From the NCBI GenBank assembly GCA_963715985.1, contig CAVQSP010000015.1:118567-182566 (forward strand): 64,000 bases of DNA, in the 5' to 3' direction. This stretch comes from an uncultured Thermoleophilia bacterium. GTDB taxonomy: Bacteria; Actinomycetota; Thermoleophilia; UBA2241. The translations under genes and the position numbers were made by a program. The notes below the pieces were generated by a model that saw nothing but the letters and a program-made list of their open reading frames with translations, was not told where the DNA came from and searched no databases. How positions within the stretch are numbered: the first letter of the stretch is position 1; each line of letters starts with the position of its first letter. Of this stretch, positions 47,026 through 56,390 are shown piece after piece.

Positions 47026-47733
47026 TCAGACTCCCACTTCTTCGGCGTCGGGGACCTGGTCGTAGCTGCCGCGGCGCTCGTCGCGCACCAGGCGGCCGCC
47101 CTCCAGCTGAAGCACGCGACGGCGCATGCGGTTCACCATGTCGCGGTCGTGCGTGGCGACCACCACCGTGGTGCCGGTGCGGTTGATGCGCACGAGCAGC
47201 TGCATGATGCCCACGGCCGTCTCGGGGTCGATGTTGCCCGTGGGCTCGTCGGCCATCAGCAGCGGGGGGTGATTGACGAAGGCGCGCGCCACGGAGACGC
47301 GCTGCTGTTCACCGCCGGAGATCTCGTGCGGGTAGCTGTCCACCTTGTCCGAGAGACCCACCAGGTTGAGGATCTCCGGCACCTTGCGGCGGATGGACCG
47401 GCGCGGCTCGCCCACCACCTCGAGCGCGTAGGCGACGTTGTCGTGCACGGTCTTGTTGGGCAGGAGCTTGAAGTCCTGGAACACGCAGCCGATGTTGCGC
47501 CGCAACAGCGGCACCTTGCTGCTGCGCAGCGTGCCCAGATTGCGGCCGGCCACGAGGATGCGCCCCGAGTCGGGCCGCAGCTCCTTGAGCACCAGCTTGA
47601 TGAGCGTGGATTTGCCGGAGCCTGATGGTCCGACCAGGAACACGAACTCACCCTTGCCGATGTGACAGGTGAAGTCCTGAAGGCCGACCACGTCCGGGTC
47701 GTAGATCTTGGTGACGTCCTCGAAGACGATCAT
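47026..47733 (-). CDS. ftsE: Cell division ATP-binding protein FtsE
   Basis: GPSGSGKST, VFQDFKLL, SGGEQQRV, ADEPTGN, ATHD. Confidence 0.96.
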   Translation of the reverse strand: MIVFEDVTKIYDPDVVGLQDFTCHIGKGEFVFLVGPSGSGKSTLIKLVLKELRPDSGRILVAGRNLGTLRSSKVPLLRRNIGCVFQDFKLLPNKTVHDNVAYALEVVGEPRRSIRRKVPEILNLVGLSDKVDSYPHEISGGEQQRVSVARAFVNHPPLLMADEPTGNIDPETAVGIMQLLVRINRTGTTVVVATHDRDMVNRMRRRVLQLEGGRLVRDERRGSYDQVPDAEEVGV

Positions 47734-47775
47734 CAGCGGCGTACTCCCTTGTCAGCCGTCTGAAGCCGAGCCCTG

Positions 47776-47804
47776 ATTATGGGGGGGCGAGGGGAGTGGC
47801 TCAA
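47776..47804 (-). promoter_or_regulatory. Candidate ftsE promoter TTGAGC-17-CATAAT
   Basis: Read directly, about 40 nt upstream of the ftsE start. Confidence 0.45.
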
Positions 47805-47814
47805 CCCGCGCCCC

Positions 47815-48006
47815 TCAGTCGCCGTCCACGAGGATGGCGCTCTGCGGGCAGTCCTCCGCAGCGGGGACGATGCAGTCCTCATGGCCGCTGACGTCCGTGG
47901 CCATGACCACGGCGGCGCCGTCGTCGCCGACCTCGAAGACGTCCGGGCAGGCCTCTGCGCAGGCGCCGTACCCGATACTGGCCTCGCGGTCGATGGTGAC
48001 GTTCAG
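47815..48006 (-). CDS. Small [3Fe-4S]-type ferredoxin, possibly degenerate
   Basis: xNVTIDREASIGYGACAEACPDVF...DCPQSAI. The GGAGG RBS points to a CTG start, and the first ligand Cys is Ser (AGT). Confidence 0.65.
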   Translation of the reverse strand: MNVTIDREASIGYGACAEACPDVFEVGDDGAAVVMATDVSGHEDCIVPAAEDCPQSAILVDGD

Positions 48007-48461
48007 CGCTGCAACCTCCGTACGTGGCGGGCGGCCCGGGGGCCGCGCCCGCGACCCTGCGGGACCGAGGCGCCACGGCACGTCGGCCGGCCGCAGCGCA
48101 TGCGTGGCGCCGCCATGCGGCGGCCCCCGACGGTGTTCGGCGCGGCCGGTGCGCTTCCTGCCGGGGGAGCGGACCAAGGGGGGGCGGAGGTGGTACGGCG
48201 CGGGGTGTCCCAGCCGAAGGACCTGAGGCGGCCCGTGAACGGACCGCCTCAGTACTTCAGGACCGACCTGGGGTAAGCAAAGCCTGGCGAGTCAATGCTA
48301 AGAGGGAGGTCGGCCCCGCAGTCATGGTACGTGGCCGTGACAGGCACGGACAACAGAACAACCGTCTAGGCCAGGCAAGGCACCGCGGGCCGTCTCCGGG
48401 CCGCTCACCGATGTACACCTGATACGCTTGCTGAGCTTTGGACCCAACGCGGAGGAAGCGC

Positions 48462-48767
48462 ATGAACGTCGCGCTCATCGTCGTGCTCACCATCGTGGTG
48501 CTCGCCGTGGTCATTGGCCTCGGCCTGCTGATCTTCAAGCTGATGCGCCGGAGCCAGACCGTCGTGCCCGCCGAGGCGGACCGCAACTCGGCACGCAAGG
48601 ACCGCGTGGTGGCTGTGGACGGTCAGGGACGTGAGGTCACGGAGGCGGAGGACGCACCTTCAGGGCCCGAGCGTGACCAGTCGGCCTTCGACAAGGTCCT
48701 CGACGAGAGTCTCGAAGAGCTACACCCCGAAGGCGGCGCCGAGCCGCCGGCCGGCGCCTCCGGCTGA
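48462..48767 (+). CDS. Small single-TM protein
   Basis: GGAGG RBS; N-terminal TM then an acidic tail. Confidence 0.7.
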   Translation: MNVALIVVLTIVVLAVVIGLGLLIFKLMRRSQTVVPAEADRNSARKDRVVAVDGQGREVTEAEDAPSGPERDQSAFDKVLDESLEELHPEGGAEPPAGASG

Positions 48768-48772
48768 GGCAC

Positions 48773-50047
48773 TCAGATGAAGCTCGCGAAGAGCACCGTG
48801 GAGCCCACCAGCATCGCGAGCATCAGAGCCACCAGCAGCCAACGCCGCACGGGCCGCGGCAAGAGCGCGGCGGCCGTGGCCATGAACAGCGGGAAGATGA
48901 CGACGACGAACCTCGGCACGCTGTACAGGGGCCGAGCCTCCGTCGAATACAGCAGCGGAACGAGCAAGGCGGCCACGGCGTACAACGTGTAGGCCGCCGG
49001 CAGCCTGCGCCAGCAGGCCACGAGCATGGCGACCGCCACCGCGAACCCCGTGAACTCCAGGGCGTTCGCGATCACGTCGCTTTGCAGCCCCCCGGAGGCG
49101 GTGTGCGTCCCGAGGATGGCGCTCGCGCCGTTCGTGGCCAGCCACCACAAGCCTCGTACCGTCTCCATGGCGCCCCGCCAGACCGCCGTGGTGGGCAGCG
49201 TGAGCTGGCGACCCCAGGCCACCTGCACGCTTCCGAACAGCCAAGCGTTACGGAAGACGAGCCAGAGGAACGTCATGTAGACGGCGAGGCCTGCAGGCAC
49301 GAGCAGCAGCCAGAGCCACGACGCCGAGCCCGGACGCGCAGCGCCGGCCGGCGGCTCCGCCGGCACGAAGCGGCGCGGACCGCCCGGCAGGCGCACGGCA
49401 GCCCCCCGCCGCTGCTCCCACCACAGGATGGCGAGCGGCAGGAGGATGACGAGCCCCGTGCTGCGCGTCAGCACGGCGAGGAAGCCCGCCAGGCAGGCCG
49501 GCGGCCAGCGCGAGCCCCGTGCCCACCAGAACGCGAGCAGCGTGAACAGCAGGAAGGGTGCCTCGCTGTACACGGCCTGGAAGAACAGCGCCGTAGGGAA
49601 CACGGAGATGAACACGACGCTCCACAGGGCCACGCGCGGCCCGAGCTCGGCACGCGCCAGGATGAACAGCACGCCCATGGCCGCCGCGTAGCACGCCAGC
49701 GAGACGATGAGGCCGGCGACGACGTAGTCGCCCACGCCGGCCGCCACCGCCCGCACGAGCAGCGGGTACAGGGGGAAGAACGCCTCGCTGTGCGGGTGGG
49801 CCTTGTAGCCGTCGGCGGCGATGCGCACGAACCAGACGCCGTCCCAGTGCGCCCAGGGCGCGAGCAGGCGCCCCGCCAGGCCCTGCAGGGCCTCGGCGTG
49901 CATGGGGTCGCGCAGGTAGAGCGCCCGCACCTGCACACCGACCGTGCAGGTGGTCACGAACGCGACCACGGCCAGCAGCAGGCGCGAGCCGACGACCACG
50001 GCGACGGCCCGGCGGGCGGAGGCGGTCTGTCCGCGCGAGGCGGTCAC
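48773..50047 (-). CDS. PIG-V-like (GT-C) mannosyltransferase family membrane protein
   Basis: WDGVWFVRIAADGY, AFFPLYPLL, FFQAVYSEAPF, LTRSTG, SVPRFV. Confidence 0.85.
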   Translation of the reverse strand: MTASRGQTASARRAVAVVVGSRLLLAVVAFVTTCTVGVQVRALYLRDPMHAEALQGLAGRLLAPWAHWDGVWFVRIAADGYKAHPHSEAFFPLYPLLVRAVAAGVGDYVVAGLIVSLACYAAAMGVLFILARAELGPRVALWSVVFISVFPTALFFQAVYSEAPFLLFTLLAFWWARGSRWPPACLAGFLAVLTRSTGLVILLPLAILWWEQRRGAAVRLPGGPRRFVPAEPPAGAARPGSASWLWLLLVPAGLAVYMTFLWLVFRNAWLFGSVQVAWGRQLTLPTTAVWRGAMETVRGLWWLATNGASAILGTHTASGGLQSDVIANALEFTGFAVAVAMLVACWRRLPAAYTLYAVAALLVPLLYSTEARPLYSVPRFVVVIFPLFMATAAALLPRPVRRWLLVALMLAMLVGSTVLFASFI

Positions 50048-50098
50048 GGTGCGGGGGCGGCGAGAAGCGCGGCGGCGGCCGGTCGGCCGTGGCCGTCG

Positions 50099-52072
50099 CT
50101 ACCCGGCCGCTACCTCCCCCTGCAGCAGCCGCCGCCAGCCGAGAAGCACGCGGTGCGCCTGCTCCGCCCCGACGATGGGCTCCTCGGGGAAGGGCAGGTG
50201 CGCAGGATAGAGCAGGCAGGCGCGAGTCTGCGAGCCGCCCATGCCGCCGTGAAACGAGATGAGCTCTTCGAACGCGCAGCCCTCGTCGAGCTGCGCGTCG
50301 TAGAAGCTGTTGACCATGATGTCCGCGACATGGGTGAACCCATCGCTGCGGCGCAGGTGCGAAGCGGCGTTGGCGGAGAAGCCGGCCAGGGGGTCCACGC
50401 CCACCACCCGGTCGTCACGCAGGTAGCGGGCCCCGTGGGCGCCCAGGACGACCGGCCCGTGCTCGGCCGAGTGCACGAGCAGCCAGCCCACGTGGGGGTG
50501 CTCGCGCAGCGCGGGGATGAGGCGCGGATGCCGGGCGTCCATCTCCTCCAGAGTGAGCCGCCGCGACTCCTCCATGAGGTACACGAGCCCGAGGTTCCCC
50601 GATCCGAGCACGACGACCTCGTCTCCCGCCACGTCGCCTTTGCCCTGCTCGCGGGCCTTGGCGCCGGTGGCCTCGCGCAAGGCCACGGAGACGGCGGTGT
50701 CGTTCTCGTCGCCGGCGCGCAGCGGAGCCACGGCGCCGCTCTCGATGGAGCGCCGCACGAGGTCGTCGAGGCCGTAGCCGTTGCGCTGCTTGAACGTGGC
50801 CCCCTGGGTCTGGCCGTGGTCGGAGAGCACGACGATCTCGTACGGGCGGGCGGCGTAGCGGCGCGCCCGGTCGAGGCGCCCGAACTGCTGGTCCAGCTTG
50901 CGCAGCACCTCGAGGGTGTCGGCGCGCTCCAGGCCGGAGTGGTGCGCCACCTCGTCGTAGCCGGCGAAGCACGCGTACACGGCCGGCCGCCCCTCCATCA
51001 TGTCGGTGAGCACGCTGTACACGGTGAGGTCGCGCACGGCCACAGCGAGCCCTGCGCGCAGGAACGGGTACGTGCCTCCCCGGTGCCCCCTCGGCCGGAT
51101 GTCGCGGCGGATGCCGCGCACGGCCGCGACCCACTCCAGGATCACTTCCAGGAAGAAGAGCACCAGCGTGCGCGTGACGTTGAAGCCGTTGGCGAAGAAG
51201 GCTCGGTAGCCGGGGTTGGCCTTCTTCTCCGCCGAGAGGCGGCTGATGGTGAGGATCACCCGGTCGGCATCGCCCGACAGCAGGTTGCTGCGGCTGCAGC
51301 CGCCCCCGGCCAGGAGCCCGTGCCCCGACGAGTGGCGCTGCTCGATGAGCGCGCAGTCGCCCGGGGCCGAACAGGTCATGAGGCGCCCCGTCTCCTTCTC
51401 CACCCAGCGGAACGCCGGGATGTCGTCGTTGGACCCGAGCAGGAGCCCGGACTGCGAGGCGCCGGTCTGGGAGGAGAGGTCGGTCTCCCACTCCGCGAGG
51501 CGGTGTGAACCCTCGGTCAGCCAGCGCGCCATGTGCGGGGCGTGACCATCACGCATGGCGCGCTGGAGCACAGGCACCGCGAGCCCGTCTATCTCGAGGT
51601 AGAGGATGCCCGGGACTGCGGTCACGGCGCGATCGTGAGAACGCCGCGCGATGCGCTGGATCACGCGCAACGTGTACGTGTCGTCGTCGTTGGTGCCGAG
51701 CAACACCTCGAGCACCACGGTGGCCGCGGCGATGACGATGGCGGCGACGAGCGCGGCGAGGAACGAGTCCACCTGGAACGCGTGGTCGGAGAGGTCCGAG
51801 GCCAGCTTGAGGATCCAGGCATCGAGGACGAGGATGAAGACGAACCCCAGCGCCAGCATGTAGGGGAGGCGCAGGGCGGCGATGAGCGGCGGCAGCAGGG
51901 CGTTGAGGAGGGCGATCAGCGCGGATGCGATGAGCGCTCCGCCCACACCCTGGATGTGCACCCCGGGCACGAGCAGCGCGGCCACCCACACGGCCAAGGC
52001 GGCCGTGACCCAGGCGACCACGAGCCGGCCGAGCCGCACGCGCGGCCGGGCCGGCTCCCACCCCGGAACCAT
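50099..52072 (-). CDS. 4-TMS holin-like membrane domain fused to an alkaline phosphatase/phosphodiesterase domain
   Basis: N-terminal YvlD-like 4 TM; LEIDGL, SSQTGASQ, YDEVAHH, VLSDHGQ, SFHGGMGG. Confidence 0.82.
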   Translation of the reverse strand: MVPGWEPARPRVRLGRLVVAWVTAALAVWVAALLVPGVHIQGVGGALIASALIALLNALLPPLIAALRLPYMLALGFVFILVLDAWILKLASDLSDHAFQVDSFLAALVAAIVIAAATVVLEVLLGTNDDDTYTLRVIQRIARRSHDRAVTAVPGILYLEIDGLAVPVLQRAMRDGHAPHMARWLTEGSHRLAEWETDLSSQTGASQSGLLLGSNDDIPAFRWVEKETGRLMTCSAPGDCALIEQRHSSGHGLLAGGGCSRSNLLSGDADRVILTISRLSAEKKANPGYRAFFANGFNVTRTLVLFFLEVILEWVAAVRGIRRDIRPRGHRGGTYPFLRAGLAVAVRDLTVYSVLTDMMEGRPAVYACFAGYDEVAHHSGLERADTLEVLRKLDQQFGRLDRARRYAARPYEIVVLSDHGQTQGATFKQRNGYGLDDLVRRSIESGAVAPLRAGDENDTAVSVALREATGAKAREQGKGDVAGDEVVVLGSGNLGLVYLMEESRRLTLEEMDARHPRLIPALREHPHVGWLLVHSAEHGPVVLGAHGARYLRDDRVVGVDPLAGFSANAASHLRRSDGFTHVADIMVNSFYDAQLDEGCAFEELISFHGGMGGSQTRACLLYPAHLPFPEEPIVGAEQAHRVLLGWRRLLQGEVAAG

Positions 52073-52247
52073 CCCGTACTCGTGTCCCCCCGCGTGACTC
52101 AGCTTCGCTCCCGTCGCGGCCCCACTGCATCGGCGCCTCGCATTCTATCGGGCCGGCCGTCGCGGTGCGGGCGACTCGACCGGGCGGGCGATGAGGTGAT
52201 CGGGTGCGATGCCCTGGAATCCTCTCCTGTGCATGACCGGTTCCAGG

Positions 52248-52390
52248 ATGACGACGGCCGAGCAGCACGCGTCGGATGCCCTCGTGCTGGGCTCCCTCGG
52301 GCACGGCTCCTTCTCCGAGCCCCTGCTCGGCAGCGTCGCGCACGGGGTGCTTCAGCCGGCCAAGTGCACCGTGGTCATGGGCCGCCGAGC
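52248..52390 (+). pseudogene. Universal stress protein, C-terminal remnant
   Basis: AEQHASDALVLGSLGHGSFSEPLLGSVAHGVLQPAKCTV is the USP C-terminal motif; the N-terminal half is missing. Confidence 0.65.
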
Positions 52391-52460
52391 CCGCCGCGCG
52401 AGACGCGCTGCGACTGCCGGCGGCGCGGGTGACCGCGCCGCCGGCTTCACGACTGGGCCG

Positions 52461-53312
52461 TCACGAGGACGCGGCGCGCCGTACCCAGGCCTGTGTGGCG
52501 TCCACCTGGTTGAAGGTGAAGAGGTGGACGCCGCGGATGCCGAGGTCCGGGCGCTCCAGCCGCGCGGCCACGGACCGCGCCAGCGGCTCCGGGTCGAAGC
52601 GCCGGCTGCGCATGAGCGTGGCGACCTGGCGGCCGTGCTTGACGAGGTACCGCACGGAGGCGCCGACGCCGGTCTGCAGCGAGACCTCGGCGAGCTTGCG
52701 CCGGTCGACGACGCCGGGCATGCCGACGAACACGGGCAGGCGCACGCCGGCCGCGCGCATCTCCTCGATCCACTGTTCCAGCACCGCGGCGTCGAAGCAG
52801 ATCTGCGTGGCCACGTAGTCCGCGTGCTCCTGCTTGCGCAGCAGCGCTTCCCGCAGGGCGTCCGCGGCGATCTGCGGGTGACCCTCGGGGTAGCCGCCCA
52901 CACCGACGCGCCTGAACGGATGCTGCAGCGCGGCCAGGGCCTCCAGGAGGGAGGCGGCGTCGAAGAAGTCGCCGGCCGGCGGCGAGGCGTCGCCGCCCAC
53001 CACGAAGACCTCGGAGACTCCGGCCGCGGCGAGCCGCTCCACCGCTCCCGCCAGCTCGCTCGCATCCCTGATCATGCGAGCGGACAGGTGGGGCACGACA
53101 TGGAAGCCTGCGGCGGCGAGACGCTCGCTCACCTCCACGGTGCGCCCGATGCCGTGGCTCGGCGAGGCGGTCACCGTGACCGTGGACCCGGGCGCGAGCA
53201 CCGCCACCTTCTCCTCGATCCCTCGCACGGGTATCACTTCATACCTCGGCGCCTCCAGGAGTCGCCCGAGCGGCGACGTGTGCAGTGCGCCGATTGCGCT
53301 GACGCTGGCCAT
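52461..53312 (-). CDS. metF: Methylenetetrahydrofolate reductase
   Basis: VPHLSAR, FVVGGD, GGYPEGHP, ATQICFD, GVHLFTFNQ. Confidence 0.88.
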   Translation of the reverse strand: MASVSAIGALHTSPLGRLLEAPRYEVIPVRGIEEKVAVLAPGSTVTVTASPSHGIGRTVEVSERLAAAGFHVVPHLSARMIRDASELAGAVERLAAAGVSEVFVVGGDASPPAGDFFDAASLLEALAALQHPFRRVGVGGYPEGHPQIAADALREALLRKQEHADYVATQICFDAAVLEQWIEEMRAAGVRLPVFVGMPGVVDRRKLAEVSLQTGVGASVRYLVKHGRQVATLMRSRRFDPEPLARSVAARLERPDLGIRGVHLFTFNQVDATQAWVRRAASS

Positions 53313-53432
53313 TCTGACCTCCGGACCGTCAAAACAGGATAAGTTCTGTCCTGAATATACCCGGCCTCTACACCTCGGCGGCCATGCGAGGCTCTGCTGT
53401 ACGATAGCCGCCCGCGACCAGTGAGGACCCCG

Positions 53433-54122
53433 GTGACAGACACCGCCCAGCCCGCCATCGACGGCATCAGCGTGAGCATCGATGCCGAGGCGGTACGCGT
53501 CTCCAGCGCGCGCCCGCTGCGGATGCTGAGCTCCGCCGTGCTCGGCGGCGGTTTCGCCGAGGCCTGCGACATCGTCAACGTCCACGTGGACAAGGACTAC
53601 GACGGCGACCGCCCGGAGGACGAGCTGGCGGCGTATGCGGCTCGGCACGGCGCCGCGGCCGGTGCAGTAGGCCTGATGACGGCTGCGGAGACGCAGTTCG
53701 CGGCACTCGAGGTGGCCGAACGTGACGGCCGCACCGTGGCGGCCGTCGTCTCGATGGGGCTGAGCAACGTCGCCAGCGCCGGGGTCACTCCTCCGGCACC
53801 TCCCCCGCCGGGCACGATCAACGCCATCGTCCTCGTCGACGGCCTGCTCGCGCCGGCGGCGATGGTCAACGCAGTGATCACGGTGACGGAAGCCAAGGCG
53901 CTGGCGCTCGCCGCCTGGGACGTGCGCACGCCCGAGGGCGACCCGGCCGCCGGCACGTCGACAGACTCGGTCGTGATCGCCTGCACGGGCACCGGCGACG
54001 AGCTGCAGTACGCGGGGACGGCCACCACCGTCGGGTGGCTCATCGCACGCACTGTGCGCGACGCCGTCGACCGTATCTGTCGCGAGAAGTGCGCCAGGGA
54101 CGGCGGCCGCTTCGGCTGGTGA
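53433..54122 (+). CDS. cbiZ: Adenosylcobinamide amidohydrolase
   Basis: LSSAVLGGG, GLMTAA, GTINAIV, NAVITVTEAKA, AGTSTDS, YAGTAT. Confidence 0.88.
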   Translation: MTDTAQPAIDGISVSIDAEAVRVSSARPLRMLSSAVLGGGFAEACDIVNVHVDKDYDGDRPEDELAAYAARHGAAAGAVGLMTAAETQFAALEVAERDGRTVAAVVSMGLSNVASAGVTPPAPPPPGTINAIVLVDGLLAPAAMVNAVITVTEAKALALAAWDVRTPEGDPAAGTSTDSVVIACTGTGDELQYAGTATTVGWLIARTVRDAVDRICREKCARDGGRFGW

Positions 54123-54250
54123 CGACGGCGCCGGCGGCGCTCACGCGCGCAGCGCCGGTGCACCCGCCACCCCCGCCCCGCCGCTCTCCCGGGCCCCACA
54201 ACGTGAAGAGCGGCTCCCGCCCTCAGGGGCCGAAGCCGCTCCAGGTCTGG

Positions 54251-54323
54251 ACCGCGCCAGAACTCACGCGCCGGGACTCGCGCGCCGGGACTCACGTGCC
54301 GGGACTCACGTGCCGGGACTCAC
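54251..54323. repeat. 14-bp tandem repeat (about 5 copies, consensus ACTCACG(T/C)GCCGGG) ending in the stop codon of the CMD gene
   Basis: Read directly from the sequence. Confidence 0.85.
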
Positions 54324-54643
54324 CGGCCGGCGGCCAGCACCTCGTCGATCCAGCCGAGACCGGCGATGGCCGTCGGGAACCCGCAGGTGGTGACGGCCAG
54401 AAGCGCCACGTGACGGACCTCGTCGGCGGAGGCGCCGGCGGCCAGCGCCTTTCTGGCGTTGGAGCGCACCGCACCCTCGGCCAGCCCGCCCACGGCCAGC
54501 CCGAGCTTGACGAGGCGGGCGGTGCGCTCGTCCAGCGGGCCTGCCTGGTCAGCGGCCTCGCCGAGGCCGTCGAGAGCACCGGCCACGCCGGGGAACGACT
54601 CGCGGAATCTCAGGTACACGTCGGGGAGATGTCCGTCACTCAT
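54320..54643 (-). CDS. Carboxymuconolactone decarboxylase/AhpD-like protein
   Basis: GPLDERTARLVKLGLAVG..EGAVRSNARKAL..GAS..E..H..TTCGFP. Confidence 0.85.
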   Translation of the reverse strand: MSDGHLPDVYLRFRESFPGVAGALDGLGEAADQAGPLDERTARLVKLGLAVGGLAEGAVRSNARKALAAGASADEVRHVALLAVTTCGFPTAIAGLGWIDEVLAAGR

Positions 54644-54704
54644 GGCTATCCTCCTGTCTCTCGCGCCCTGAGGCGCGAGGCGTTGCTCCCGGTGGGAGAC
54701 CTCG

Positions 54705-54992
54705 TCACACGGCAGAGTCCATCGCGTGCTCGAGCACCGTCACGCGCGGCGTCGAGACGTTGCTGGTGGACCACTCCATCGCCTGGTGCAGTTCGAGCGA
54801 CGTGGCGAAGTCGCGGGCACGCTCCGCGGTGTCCCACTCGAGCAGGATGATGACGTTCAGGGGATCGTCACTGGCGCGGAACACGTGACCGCCGAGGGAG
54901 CCGAAGCGCCTGCGGCGGTCGGCGTCGTCCAGGTAGACCTCCTTGAACGTCTCGTAGTCTGCCACCTGATGCTCGATGAGCACGTAGGCCAT
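54705..54992 (-). CDS. Small dimeric alpha/beta-barrel (cyclase/ABM-like) protein
   Basis: HQVADYETFK..VFRASDDP..VIILLEWDT..AM; GGAG RBS. Confidence 0.75.
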   Translation of the reverse strand: MAYVLIEHQVADYETFKEVYLDDADRRRRFGSLGGHVFRASDDPLNVIILLEWDTAERARDFATSLELHQAMEWSTSNVSTPRVTVLEHAMDSAV

Positions 54993-55097
54993 GACGCTCC
55001 CTCCACCGTCCTGGCGGCCCCCGGCCGCGTCGCCCCGCACCCCGGGCCGCATCTCGTTCCCGAAGGTATGTACCCACATGAGCCCAGTCCACGCGCG

Positions 55098-55134
55098 AGC
55101 GGGCCGGGAGCCTCTTGGTGGCTCCCGGCCCGCT
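55098..55134 (-). terminator. Stem-loop after the HtrA-like gene
   Basis: agcgggccgggagcc...ggctcccggcccgct; its position supports a stop at 55178. Confidence 0.65.
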
Positions 55135-55177
55135 GTGCCGTGCTGTGTGGCGCAGGCTGAAGAAGCCCGCGGGTGAC

Positions 55178-56148
55178 TCAGTACAAGGAGCCCTGACCGT
55201 AGGGGTCGCTGTAGGGGTCGCTGTAGGGTCGCTGTACGGGTCGCTGTACGGGTCGCTGTTGCCCTGACCGTAGGGATCGCTGTAGGGGTCACTGTAGGAC
55301 GGGTCCGTGGTCTGCGGCTGCGCCTGCTGCAGCTGGCCCGACTTGATCTGCTCCATGACCTGCACGGCGGTGTTGATGGGCACGGCGAAGCCGATGCCCT
55401 CGTTGCCGCCGGACTGCGTGTCGATCTGCTCGTTGATGCCGATGACCTTGCCGCTCGCGTCGAACAGCGGGCCGCCCGAGTTGCCGGGGTTGATGGCCGC
55501 GTCGGTCTGGATGCCGCCGGTGATGGTGGCGCCGTTGGGCGACTGCAGTTCACGGTTCACGGCGGAGACCACGCCCGACGAGAGTGAGAGGTCCAGGCCC
55601 AGCGGGTTGCCGATGGCCACGACCGCCTCGCCGACCTTCACCTGGGTGGAGTCGCCGAGCTGCACGGGCTTGAGGCTGACGGCCTGGCTGGGATCGACCT
55701 TGACCAGCGCCACGTCGGTCGACTCGTCGGCGCCGACGACGGTCCCCTGCACCGTGGTCTGCTGGGAGTCCGCGCCCTTGAAGATCACGTCGACGGTGCT
55801 CACGGCCTGGCCGCTCTCACTGACCACGTGAGCGTTGGTGAGGATGTAGCCGTCCTCCGACACCACGAAGCCGGTGCCCAGGGCCTGGCCGCCGCCCGAG
55901 GACTGGCCCCAGATGTCGGTCGTGCCGGGGAAGGTGGCCACGATCTGCACCACGCTGCCGGCGTTCTGGTCGTAGATCTGCTGCGGGTCGAGCCCGGATG
56001 AGGGCTGATAGGCCGCGTACGAGGTCTGCGCGGCGCCGCTGGTCGCGGTCTGCCCGCCGGTCAAGCCCAGGGCGGTGGCCCCCACAAAGAGCACTGCGGC
56101 TCCCGCGAAACCGGCACCCATCGTCAAGAGGAATCGTTTGAAGCGCAT
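55178..56148 (-). CDS. HtrA/DegP-like trypsin protease without PDZ, with a (PYSD)n tail; 1-nt deletion at about 55226
   Basis: GTGFVV, LTNAHVV, DVALVK, AIGNPLGL, IQTDAAINPGNSGGPL. Restoring one base in the 12-bp repeat gives ..SDPYGQGSLY*. Confidence 0.88.
55196..55292 (-). repeat. 12-bp coding tandem repeat (Ser-Asp-Pro-Tyr), about 7 copies
   Basis: agcgaccc(c/g)tac units in the protease C-terminus. Confidence 0.9.
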
Positions 56149-56319
56149 GTGTGTGCTGCCTTTCCCCGTCCCGGGCGCCCGCAGGCAGGCCGGAGAGCGG
56201 AAGTCCATGGCGCTCCCGCCACCGTGACGGGAGCCGCCGCAGAGACGCAAGAAGCTGGTCCGAGAACGCCCCGGAGCGTGGGGCGTGTGGCGTCTCGAAG
56301 GAGAAGCTACCGCAGCACT

Positions 56320-56347
56320 CTGGGAAACTCCTGAGAGACTCCTGAGG
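56320..56347 (-). promoter_or_regulatory. MprA-like OmpR-family direct-repeat box upstream of the htrA-like gene
   Basis: CCTCAG-N5-TCTCAG-N5-TCCCAG (11-bp period), followed by the -10-like TAGCTT. Confidence 0.7.
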
Positions 56348-56390
56348 CGGCCCTGTGACGTGCGCGGCGCCGGCGCAAGCTCAGGGACCT

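Noticed and set aside
50099-52072. Prophage lysis gene
   Set aside because: The holin-like domain is fused to a phosphodiesterase, and there are no endolysin, structural or integrase genes nearby.
54868-55177. C-terminal extension of the HtrA ORF shown in the ORF track
   Set aside because: It arises from a 1-nt loss in the 12-bp repeat, runs through a terminator hairpin and overlaps the next gene.
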